55,867 nt of DNA from Candidatus Omnitrophota bacterium (GTDB lineage: Bacteria > Ratteibacteria > UBA8468 > MWAK01): contig JAZDPL010000060.1 in the NCBI GenBank assembly GCA_043797665.1, forward strand, positions 1 to 55,867, written 5' to 3'. The notes below the pieces were generated by a model, which saw only the letters and a program-made list of their open reading frames with translations, was not told where the DNA came from and did no database searches. The translations under genes and the position numbers were made by a program. Shown piece by piece: positions 28,147 to 36,335 of the stretch. Within the stretch, counting starts at the first letter, position 1, and each line of letters begins with the position of its first letter.

Positions 28147-28157
28147 GGCATTCAAAA

Positions 28158-29303
28158 ATGGCTAAGGTTGTACCATTTTCTGCACTGTTCTACCAACCGG
28201 AATTAGACTACCAAAAAGTTTTGGCTCCCCCTTACGATGTCATCTCCCCGGAAGAACGGCGCACTTTTTGGAAACTCAGCCCTTATAACATCGTCCGGGT
28301 TATTCTTCCGAAAACACACTTCCAAGCCAAAGAAACGTTTAAAACCTGGTTGAACAAATCGGTCCTTTCCCAGGATTCACCGGCCAATTTTTACTGGTGC
28401 CGGCAGGAATATACTTTCGCCGGGAGTATCCGTACCAACCAGGGATTAATTGCGCTCCTCCGATTGGAAGACCCGAAGAAAGGTATCGTCTGTCCCCACG
28501 AAGAAACTATTCCTCGCGTACGTCAGGGACAGTTTCAACTCCTGGAAGAAGTATCCGCCAACTTCTGCCCCATTATTACCCTGTACCGGGATGAGAGCCG
28601 GGTGATTGAATCTCTGGTGCCGGTAAAAAAGCGCCCTTTTCTTACTTATCAGGACAGACGGGGCGTAAAGTACTCTTTATGGAAGATACCGCCGGTACCG
28701 GCTATTGAACGAACTTTTGCCGACAAAAAGGTTTATATTGCGGACGGACACCATCGCTATGCCAGCGCGTACCAATACTTTTTAAAAATGAAGACGACGT
28801 CATCCGCTTACATACTGACCTATTTTCTTAATTCCGCCGGGGATGATATCGCGGTTCTCTCTTTTCACCGCTATCTGCCTAAAACCAACCGGAAAGACTT
28901 CCTTGCTATCAAAAACTCTTTTCCGCTGTCCGTTGCCGAACCGGATTTAAAAACTCTTATGCATAATCTTTCTGCCGGTTGGTTAGGCTTAGGTTTTGAA
29001 GGTGAATTCTTCCGTTTCCCGGTTCCGGAAAAAGAAGACCTATCAGTCTCTTTCCTGCACCAACGGGTCATCAACGAAGTCCTGAAATTCCCGGAAGACC
29101 ACCTGATATTTGAACCGGACGCCCGGGCGCTTCTGGAAAGGACGCGAAAAAAGCCGGGTCTGGTTTTTTTCTTACCTCTGCTTTCCCTTAAATCTCTTTA
29201 TGACATCTGGGAAAAAAAGATAATTCTACCCCGGAAAAGTACTTACTTCTATCCAAAAATTCCCAGCGGTCTGGTAATTTATAAACACAACGGAATTAAG
29301 TAA
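28158..29303 (+). CDS. DUF1015-family protein
   Basis: The conserved ADGHHRYAS motif and a length of ~380 aa. It lies 11 nt downstream of the GH57 gene. Confidence 0.65.
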   Translation: MAKVVPFSALFYQPELDYQKVLAPPYDVISPEERRTFWKLSPYNIVRVILPKTHFQAKETFKTWLNKSVLSQDSPANFYWCRQEYTFAGSIRTNQGLIALLRLEDPKKGIVCPHEETIPRVRQGQFQLLEEVSANFCPIITLYRDESRVIESLVPVKKRPFLTYQDRRGVKYSLWKIPPVPAIERTFADKKVYIADGHHRYASAYQYFLKMKTTSSAYILTYFLNSAGDDIAVLSFHRYLPKTNRKDFLAIKNSFPLSVAEPDLKTLMHNLSAGWLGLGFEGEFFRFPVPEKEDLSVSFLHQRVINEVLKFPEDHLIFEPDARALLERTRKKPGLVFFLPLLSLKSLYDIWEKKIILPRKSTYFYPKIPSGLVIYKHNGIK

Positions 29304-29436
29304 ATTACCCCGTGCTTCCGCACGGGGCATTGGGACATTAAAAATGTTTGTATTCAACATTCAAGGTAGGGGCTTGATTTATCAAGCCCGCGGGTCGGAT
29401 AAATCCAACCCCTACAATTTTGATTGCAAAACAGAT
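29304..29436 (+). repeat. 133-bp composite repeat: GC hairpin (ccccgtgcttccgcacgggg) + palindrome aatgtttgtattcaacatt + REP R5 (29366-29415) + tail aattttgattgcaaaacagat
   Basis: Identical except for 1 nt to 55735-55867. Both copies start immediately after a TAA stop codon. Confidence 0.85.
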
Positions 29437-29456
29437 CCAAAAGGAAACCCTTTCCT

Positions 29457-29495
29457 CCCCGTGCTGCCGCACGGGGTATTCAGGGTTTATTTTTC
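29457..29495 (+). terminator. terminator/attenuator-like hairpin (ccccgtgctgccgcacgggg) plus a T-rich tract, ending at the pyrE start codon
   Basis: 10-bp GC stem, then tattcagggtTTATTTTTC, then ATG at 29496. Confidence 0.45.
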
Positions 29496-30077
29496 ATGAA
29501 AGAATCGGAGGTGTTAAAAATTTTTGAGGAGACCGGCGCCCTGCTTTCCGGGCACTTTCTCCTCTCTTCCGGCCTGCACAGTGACCGGTACCTGCAAGCA
29601 GCCCGGATTCTCCAGTACCCGGAGCAGGCATTACTTCTAGGCAATGAGTTAGCCCGGAGGTTCAGCGGACAAAAGATATCTGCGGTTATCGGACCCGCCC
29701 TGGGGGCAGTGGTGATTGCCTTCACCGTATCAGCCGGTCTAAAAGGAACCCGGGCTATCTTTGCCGAACGGGAAGGCGGTGTTTTCACTCTGCGCCGGGG
29801 ATTTGAAATTAAACCGGCCGAACGGGTTCTGGTCGTGGAAGACGTACTTACCACCGGCGGTTCTACGCGGGAAATAATTACTCTGGCAAAGAATCTTAAA
29901 GCAGAGGTCATCGGCGTCGGAGCAATTGCGGAAAGAAGCGAAATTCCCATTAACTTTGATGTTCCGAAAGAAGTCCTTCTCCGTCTGCCCCTCCATACCT
30001 ACCCTCCGGAATCCTGCCCCCTTTGCCGGCAAGGAATACCGCTTGTAAAACCCGGCAGCCGGCACGGCGCGGTTTGA
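29496..30077 (+). CDS. pyrE: orotate phosphoribosyltransferase
   Basis: PRPP-binding motif VLVVEDVLTTGGS. ~194 aa counted from MKESEVL. The longer ORF from 29424 reads through the repeat. Confidence 0.8.
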   Translation: MKESEVLKIFEETGALLSGHFLLSSGLHSDRYLQAARILQYPEQALLLGNELARRFSGQKISAVIGPALGAVVIAFTVSAGLKGTRAIFAEREGGVFTLRRGFEIKPAERVLVVEDVLTTGGSTREIITLAKNLKAEVIGVGAIAERSEIPINFDVPKEVLLRLPLHTYPPESCPLCRQGIPLVKPGSRHGAV

Positions 30078-30121
30078 CAAAAACACCACATAGCGGGTTT
30101 AATATAGATAACAGACAAGAA

Positions 30122-30171
30122 GTAGGGGCTTGATTCATCAAGCCCGCGGGTCGGATAAATCCGACCCCTAC
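30122..30171 (+). repeat. REP-like element R6, followed by the tail module gttaaattatttaatgcgtttgtattaaac and the SD of the SPFH gene
   Basis: Read directly. Confidence 0.8.
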
Positions 30172-30215
30172 GTTAAATTATTTAATGCGTTTGTATTAAA
30201 CGAGGGAGGTAAAGT

Positions 30216-30965
30216 ATGGGCGGTTGGGTATTTTTGGGCGTGGTCGTCTTAATTATTATTACCAACATTATCCGCGTGGTTTCGGAGTACGAACGGGGAG
30301 TAATCTTCCGATTAGGAAGACTGATCGGCGCCAAAGGTCCGGGTATCTTTTTGCTGATTCCGATTGTGGACCGGATGGTTAAAATCAGTCTGCGTACCGT
30401 CACCTTTGACGTCACACCCCAGGAAATAATGACCAGAGACAACGTGCCGGTAAAGGTCAACGCGGTCGTCTACTTCCGGGTTATGGACCCCTCAAAAGCG
30501 GTGTGTGAAGTGGAAAATTATCAGTTAGCCACGATGCAGATAGCCCAGACCACCCTGCGGGGTGTATTAGGTCAATCCGAATTGGACGAACTCCTTTCGG
30601 AAAGGGAAAAGATTAACCAGCGTCTCCAGCAAATCATCGACGAACAGACCGACCCCTGGGGGATTAAGGTCAGTATCGTGGAAGTAAAGGAAGTGGAACT
30701 TCCCGACACGATGAAGCGGGCGATGGCAAGCCAGGCGGAAGCGGAACGGGAACGCCGGGCTAAGATTATTATGGCCGACGCTGAATACCAGGCCAGCGAA
30801 AAACTGCTGGCGGCTTCCAAGATCCTGGAAGGCTCACCTTTAGGGATACAACTCCGGTATCTGCAGACCGCCAAGGAAATCTCCGCGGAAAAGAATTCTA
30901 CGCTGGTCTTTCCTCTGCCGATGGAACTTTTGGGCAGTTGGCTTAAGAAATCAACAGAAAAGTAG
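30216..30965 (+). CDS. SPFH/band-7 (stomatin/prohibitin-like) membrane protein
   Basis: N-terminal TM segment, then an SPFH domain with a coiled-coil Ala/Glu-rich tail ([12 protein letters not shown]). Confidence 0.85.
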   Translation: MGGWVFLGVVVLIIITNIIRVVSEYERGVIFRLGRLIGAKGPGIFLLIPIVDRMVKISLRTVTFDVTPQEIMTRDNVPVKVNAVVYFRVMDPSKAVCEVENYQLATMQIAQTTLRGVLGQSELDELLSEREKINQRLQQIIDEQTDPWGIKVSIVEVKEVELPDTMKRAMASQAEAERERRAKIIMADAEYQASEKLLAASKILEGSPLGIQLRYLQTAKEISAEKNSTLVFPLPMELLGSWLKKSTEK

Positions 30966-30974
30966 GCGGGTACC

Positions 30975-31823
30975 ATGAAGTTTAAAAAAGTAGCCATCTT
31001 CGGGGTGGGTCTAATCGGCGGCTCTGTCGGTCTGGGTTTGAAAAAGAGGCAGATGGCAGAACAGGTAATCGGTGTGGGCCGCCGCCAGGAATCCCTGGAA
31101 AAAGCGAAAACGCTGGGTGCAATCGACACCTACACCCTGAAAGTCGTCGAAGGCTTGGCCGATGCCGACCTGATTATCCTGGCGGCACCGGTCAATACGG
31201 TACTGGAACTCCTGGAAACAGGCTTATCATTTCTGAAAGACCACCGTCTGCTCACCGATGTCTGCAGTTCCAAAAAAGTGGTGGTGGATACCGCGGAAAG
31301 GTCTCTTCCCCCACACCTTTCTTTTGTCGGAGGGCATCCCATCGCCGGTTCCGAAAAGAACGGGGCAGAATCTGCCTCCGCAGACCTTTTCGTTGACCGG
31401 GTGACGGTCCTGACGCCAACTCTAAAAACCCGGTTGCCTGATTTCGAACGGATACAGACCCTCTGGGAAAGCCTCGGGAGCAAAGTCTTGTCTCTCACGC
31501 CGGATGAACATGACCGGGTCCTGGCGATAACCAGCCATATCCCTCACCTCTTAGCGGTTAGCGCCAGCCTTCTGGTCGAACAGTCACCAATCCCGAACAA
31601 AGAGAACTTTATCGGAACCGGTTTTAGAGACCTGACCCGAATCGCGGAGGGTGAGCCGTCACTCTGGCAGCATATCTTCCTGACAAATTCCGACCATATT
31701 CTGGAAAATTTGACCTTGCTGGAAAAGATAATCGCCGAGTGGAAAGATGCCCTGAAGAAGCACGACCTGGAACGCCTTCTCAAACTTCTGAACTCCGCGG
31801 CCCAATTCCGGAAAACCCTTTAA
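30975..31823 (+). CDS. tyrA: prephenate/arogenate dehydrogenase
   Basis: N-terminal Rossmann fold VAIFGVGLIGGS and the conserved HPIAG/HPMAG motif. Confidence 0.8.
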   Translation: MKFKKVAIFGVGLIGGSVGLGLKKRQMAEQVIGVGRRQESLEKAKTLGAIDTYTLKVVEGLADADLIILAAPVNTVLELLETGLSFLKDHRLLTDVCSSKKVVVDTAERSLPPHLSFVGGHPIAGSEKNGAESASADLFVDRVTVLTPTLKTRLPDFERIQTLWESLGSKVLSLTPDEHDRVLAITSHIPHLLAVSASLLVEQSPIPNKENFIGTGFRDLTRIAEGEPSLWQHIFLTNSDHILENLTLLEKIIAEWKDALKKHDLERLLKLLNSAAQFRKTL

Positions 31824-32464
31824 CTTTTGTCTCCGTCTTCAGGCCCGACAAAAAGAAGCGGGAAAATAATATCGCTGGTACAGCAGGGAATGACAACTGC
31901 TATAACAATGTAGATTAAGACCGCTCCTACCTGGTGAACCCATTCCGTAACTCCGAAAGATATCAAATAGAGAATGGAGGCGATAGAACTAACCAGTACG
32001 TGGAGGGAATGGGAGAAGATGACTCCCTCCTGTTTCTCAAGGGTCCCGGGAGCTAAAAAGCCTATCAATATGCCCAGAAAGACAAAAGGAAGAATTAACT
32101 GGGGATGTTCAATAATACAAACGTGGAGATGCATCCGGGCGCCTAAAAAGAACCCGGAGAGGTAAGGAATAAATATGTCACTTATCCCGCAGATACCCAC
32201 CGAACCGATAAACCCGATGACTACCGCCTTTAATAACCTCTTCTCGTGCTGCCAGAACATTGCGGTGGTGGCGATAGCGGAAAAGAGCAGGTGAACCGGA
32301 TGGAAAATATGAAAGAGTTCCTCGGTATACGGAGAAATATCGCCCGCCTGAACAATCCGGGCGATAAAAGTCAAAATGCCTACGACAATCAGACCGATGT
32401 TAACACTCAGAATGGAGAAAGGCAGATGATGTTTTAAATCTTCCCAGACATGTATTTTCTTCAT
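31820..32464 (-). CDS. polytopic membrane protein, possibly YdjM/DUF457-like metal-dependent hydrolase
   Basis: Several TM segments and His-rich motifs (HSLHVL, HLHVCIIEH). The start is set at MKKIHVW. Confidence 0.45.
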   Translation of the reverse strand: MKKIHVWEDLKHHLPFSILSVNIGLIVVGILTFIARIVQAGDISPYTEELFHIFHPVHLLFSAIATTAMFWQHEKRLLKAVVIGFIGSVGICGISDIFIPYLSGFFLGARMHLHVCIIEHPQLILPFVFLGILIGFLAPGTLEKQEGVIFSHSLHVLVSSIASILYLISFGVTEWVHQVGAVLIYIVIAVVIPCCTSDIIFPLLFVGPEDGDKS

Positions 32465-32473
32465 CTCAAGAAG

Positions 32474-32502
32474 TTGACAAAGCAATCAATTCTTTTTACA
32501 AT
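32474..32502 (+). promoter_or_regulatory. sigma70-type promoter TTGACA-N17-TACAAT, with predicted TSS at the first bases of REP R7
   Basis: A consensus -35 and a near-consensus -10 with a 17-nt spacer, read directly. It lies upstream of the radical-SAM gene. Confidence 0.5.
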
Positions 32503-32506
32503 ACTT

Positions 32507-32583
32507 GTAGGGGCTTGATCCCTGTCTAATGCATACAGGGACAAGTTTATCAAGCCCGCGGGTCGGATAAATCCGACCCCTAC
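32507..32583 (+). repeat. REP-like element R7 carrying a 27-bp insertion that is itself a hairpin (ccctgt ctaatgcata caggg), followed by the tail module gtcaaaatatttaatgcattcgtatta
   Basis: Read directly. Confidence 0.75.
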
Positions 32584-32639
32584 GTCAAAATATTTAATGC
32601 ATTCGTATTATTATATACCAAAAACTGATTTTTACCAAG

Positions 32640-33557
32640 ATGCGACACATATTCGGACCGGTACCTTCCCGAAGGTTAGGGCTTTCGCTGGGAATTGACA
32701 TCATTCCGGCAAAGACCTGTACCCTCAACTGCGTTTACTGCCAGTTGGGACCGACCGCCTGTCCAACCCTGGAAAGAAAATCCTACGTCACCGCTAAAAC
32801 CATTTTAGCGGAAATCACCACCGTTCTGAAAAATAATCCGGCGATAGATTACCTTACCTTTTCCGGTTCCGGAGAACCAACCCTGAATTCTGAAATCGGT
32901 AAGATGATCGGCAAAATAAAAGAGATGACCCCGGTTCCGGTAGCGGTCATCACCAACGCTACCCTGCTTACCCGGAAAAAAGTCCGGCAAAGTTTATTTT
33001 CAGCCGATGTAGTCTTACCCTCTCTGGATGCGGTATCGGAACCGGTCTTCCGCCGCATCAACCGACCCCACCCGAATCTAAACCTAAAATCAATTATTGA
33101 AGGTCTGCGCCGGTTTGGAGAAGAATACCCCGGTAAAATCTGGCTTGAGGTAATGCTGGTAAAAGGAGTCAACGACTCTAATACCGAACTAAACAAGATA
33201 AGAGACGCTATTAAAACCATCCGGGTAGACAAGGTCCATCTGAATACGGTGGTGCGGCCGCCCGCGGAAAGAAGGGTTCAGCCCTTAAACCAAAAAGAAC
33301 TGGAAAAAGCAGCAAAAATTATCGCCAACCACTGCGAAATCATTGCGGAGTTTACTAAAAAACTACCCGGAAGTTTATCCGGAGACGAAAATACGCTTCT
33401 ATCTACTCTGAGACGCCGTCCCCTGACCCTGAAAGACATCGCCGCGGTTACCAACCTCACCCCGGTCAGACTGGTCAAAATTCTGGAAGGACTTACCGGA
33501 AAAGGTTTGGTGAAACAGAAGAGAGTCTCGGGGAAAACATATTACGTAGCCCCTTGA
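32640..33557 (+). CDS. radical SAM protein with C-terminal winged-helix domain, family unassigned
   Basis: CTLNCVYC CxxxCxxC motif close to the N-terminus (GPVPSRRLGLSLGID...). Confidence 0.7.
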   Translation: MRHIFGPVPSRRLGLSLGIDIIPAKTCTLNCVYCQLGPTACPTLERKSYVTAKTILAEITTVLKNNPAIDYLTFSGSGEPTLNSEIGKMIGKIKEMTPVPVAVITNATLLTRKKVRQSLFSADVVLPSLDAVSEPVFRRINRPHPNLNLKSIIEGLRRFGEEYPGKIWLEVMLVKGVNDSNTELNKIRDAIKTIRVDKVHLNTVVRPPAERRVQPLNQKELEKAAKIIANHCEIIAEFTKKLPGSLSGDENTLLSTLRRRPLTLKDIAAVTNLTPVRLVKILEGLTGKGLVKQKRVSGKTYYVAP

Positions 33558-33583
33558 CAAATCAGGGTAATTTAGGTATAATT
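33555..33583 (+). promoter_or_regulatory. consensus sigma70 promoter TTGACA-N17-TATAAT upstream of the regulator gene
   Basis: Both hexamers are perfect with a 17-nt spacer. ATG at 33613. Confidence 0.55.
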
Positions 33584-33612
33584 ATACATAAATACATTTA
33601 AATTAATCTTTT

Positions 33613-34737
33613 ATGGATAAAAATAGTGTCAATCCGCTTTATTACCAACTGAAGGATACGATTCGCCAGAAGGTAAGGGACGGCGAATATAAAGTTTCGG
33701 ATTTGATACCCTCTACCGCAGAGTTGTGTAAGATCTATAAGTTAAGCACCACTCCGGTCCGCCGGGCAATTTCGGAACTGATTGGTGAAGGGTTATTGAA
33801 GGGAATGCCTGGCAAAGGCACTTTCGTGGTCGCGGAGCAAAATCAAGTTAACCAAAAAGGAAACAGACTGGTTGGGGTCATCTTTACCGGTCCCACCACC
33901 CACCCTTTTTTTATGGATATACTCAACGGCATTGAAACCTTTTTAAACCCATTTGGTTATCATCTTATCGTAACAACCAGCAACAGTAACGCGGAAAAAG
34001 AGCGCCAGATTGTTTTGGAATTAAGAGAAAAGGGTGCCGAAGGTCTCATTTTAACCCCAGTAATAACAGTTAACCGGACACCCTCTGCGGACCAGGCCCT
34101 CAAGGAAGTCCTGGCGGAAGATTTTCCGCTGGTGTTTGTTGACAGTACCATTCCAGAAATTCAGGTGGACTATGTTACTACTAACAATGAAAAAGGTGGC
34201 TACCTGGCTACCCGACACCTGATAAAATTAGGACACTCCCGGATTGGATTTGTCCTGGGCATCAATATCAATACGGTTCAGGAAAGACTTGCCGGCTACC
34301 GGAGGGCTTTGAACGAATTCAATATTCCTTACGACCCTTTACTGGTAAAACACAGTTACCTGGAGTTGCAGTATGAGGACGCAGGCTATCAGAATACGAT
34401 GGACCTCCTCCACCTGGCAAACCCACCGTCTGCCATCTTTTCCTGTAACGATACGCTTGTTTTAGGTGTCTACCGTGCCTGCTGGGAATTAGGGAAAAGG
34501 ATTCCCGATGACATATCCGTGATTGGTTTTGACGACGTTTCGTACAGTGCGTTCCTCTGTCCCCCCCTTACCACCATCCATCAACCCAAGGTTGAGATGG
34601 GGCAGAAAGCCGCCGAACTTCTCTTAAACCTGATTCGGGGAGGGAAGAACAACCCGGCCCAGGTTATCCTGGACAACCATTTAGTGGAACGTTCTTCCTG
34701 TGCAACCTTAAGCAAAATAAAGGTAACAACAGAATAA
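33613..34737 (+). CDS. transcriptional regulator: N-terminal GntR-type HTH fused to a LacI/periplasmic-binding-protein-like sugar-binding domain
   Basis: The N-terminus ([41 protein letters not shown]) looks GntR-like. The C-terminal ~300 aa show PBP type 1 / LacI-like features. Confidence 0.8.
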   Translation: MDKNSVNPLYYQLKDTIRQKVRDGEYKVSDLIPSTAELCKIYKLSTTPVRRAISELIGEGLLKGMPGKGTFVVAEQNQVNQKGNRLVGVIFTGPTTHPFFMDILNGIETFLNPFGYHLIVTTSNSNAEKERQIVLELREKGAEGLILTPVITVNRTPSADQALKEVLAEDFPLVFVDSTIPEIQVDYVTTNNEKGGYLATRHLIKLGHSRIGFVLGININTVQERLAGYRRALNEFNIPYDPLLVKHSYLELQYEDAGYQNTMDLLHLANPPSAIFSCNDTLVLGVYRACWELGKRIPDDISVIGFDDVSYSAFLCPPLTTIHQPKVEMGQKAAELLLNLIRGGKNNPAQVILDNHLVERSSCATLSKIKVTTE

Positions 34738-34751
34738 TTAAGGAGGATAAT

Positions 34752-35456
34752 ATGGATTGGAAAAGGAAGGGATTGAAGAAAAAAATCGCGTTTACGTTAA
34801 TCGAGTTGCTGGTTGTCATCGCCATCATCGCTGTTCTGGCGGCGATGTTATTACCAGCGCTCAGTCAGGCCAGGGATAAGGCGAGAGCGGCGGGCTGCAT
34901 GAACAACTTAAAACAACTGGGACTATCTTTCTATCTCTACTTTCAGGACTACGACGAGTATTTTCCCCCTGCAACCCCTGCAAGCTACGCGAGTGTACTC
35001 GCAACAAATGGGTACGCTCCTATTATTACTGGCGACGGCAAGAAATCAGTTTTCCGATGTCCGTCGGATGTAAACGGTAATGGTAATTATAATGCGGGCT
35101 TGTACGGCTACAACATGGCTAATCTTTGTAACAACAGCGATACGTGGTACAGCGGAGGAGGGTATCACCCCTATAAACTGGGCCAGTGCACTCATCCGGA
35201 CGCCACGATTATGCTTACGGAAAGCAAGTGGACAGACGATACCTTTAAAAACAGGGGCCTTGCTATCATAGACCCTTTTCCCGGGAGTACCTACACTCTG
35301 TGTCTCATTCATAACAACAATACGGGTCTCAACATTCTCTGGGTGGATGGCCACGTTACCAACTACACCCCTCCCGATCCAAACAATGCGTATTCCGGAA
35401 TATTAGCCAACGGATGGCCTTCCGGAGGAGACAGCAATTACTGGGACATCTACTAA
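34752..35456 (+). CDS. prepilin-type N-terminal cleavage/methylation domain protein with C-terminal H-X9-DG motif (DUF1559-like)
   Basis: [28 protein letters not shown] class-III signal/pseudopilin N-terminus and C-terminal NILWVDGHV. Both are typical of the very large planctomycete/PVC DUF1559 family. Confidence 0.8.
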   Translation: MDWKRKGLKKKIAFTLIELLVVIAIIAVLAAMLLPALSQARDKARAAGCMNNLKQLGLSFYLYFQDYDEYFPPATPASYASVLATNGYAPIITGDGKKSVFRCPSDVNGNGNYNAGLYGYNMANLCNNSDTWYSGGGYHPYKLGQCTHPDATIMLTESKWTDDTFKNRGLAIIDPFPGSTYTLCLIHNNNTGLNILWVDGHVTNYTPPDPNNAYSGILANGWPSGGDSNYWDIY

Positions 35457-35471
35457 AACTGGATTTCAGAG

Positions 35472-36335
35472 ATGATGAAAAAGAGTAGAAATAATTGGTT
35501 GTTGGGTCTGATTATCTATTCTTCATTTGTAGGCTTGCATAATGTTTTTGCTGGTGAATTTAAACCGGATAAAAATACTTTATTCCTGGTTCATTTTAAC
35601 AAAGGGCTTAACGCCGATTATGCCCGGGGTTCTAAAGAAACTGCGATGACTGCGTCTCTTACAGAAAAAAATGGTGGATGTTGGGAAGAAGGATTGCTGG
35701 TAAAAGACGGGCTTACGATAACTCCGGAGGAAATGGAAGTATTGTATCGGCCACTGGGCTATAAGGCGAAAAACAGTTTTAATAGCCAAAGAGGCACAAT
35801 GGAACTCTGGGTAAAAGTTCTCAACTTCCCGAAGGATTTATCGAAAGAGAATGAGTTAGGTTTGATATCTATCTCTGACTGGAGAACGCTTCCTGGTCCG
35901 GAATGGGCTTTGGAAGGATGTACCGCTTATGGATACCTCGCCATCATATACAGCAACAAGGTTAAAAAAATCACCTTTACGGAATTTAGAAAAGAGGTAA
36001 AGTATGACCTTACCAATATCGGCACATTAGATGAGGACCGATTTCGTATTGATGCTGACGTAAAAAAATGGAAAACAGGCGAGTGGCACCATATTGCAGC
36101 CGCCTGGGATGCGGAGAACGACAGGCGAACATTATTTGTTGATGGAAAGAGAGTGGGCGAGGCAAAATTTAAGTACCCGGATAGGTTACTGGTGCCCAAC
36201 GCGACCGATATTGTAGTGGGTGGAATCTTTAAAAAGTCTCTCACCCCTTTCTCCTGCATGATAGATGAGGTAAGAATCTCTGATGTAGTCAGGTATACCG
36301 GCAATTTTATTCCAGAAAAAAGGGAGGGAAAGTGA
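35472..36335 (+). CDS. secreted LamG/concanavalin-A-like jellyroll protein, paralog 1
   Basis: Signal peptide and LamG_3-like motifs (WHHIAAAWD, LFVDGK, MIDEVRISDVVRY). 4-nt overlap with the downstream 937-aa gene. Confidence 0.7.
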   Translation: MMKKSRNNWLLGLIIYSSFVGLHNVFAGEFKPDKNTLFLVHFNKGLNADYARGSKETAMTASLTEKNGGCWEEGLLVKDGLTITPEEMEVLYRPLGYKAKNSFNSQRGTMELWVKVLNFPKDLSKENELGLISISDWRTLPGPEWALEGCTAYGYLAIIYSNKVKKITFTEFRKEVKYDLTNIGTLDEDRFRIDADVKKWKTGEWHHIAAAWDAENDRRTLFVDGKRVGEAKFKYPDRLLVPNATDIVVGGIFKKSLTPFSCMIDEVRISDVVRYTGNFIPEKREGK

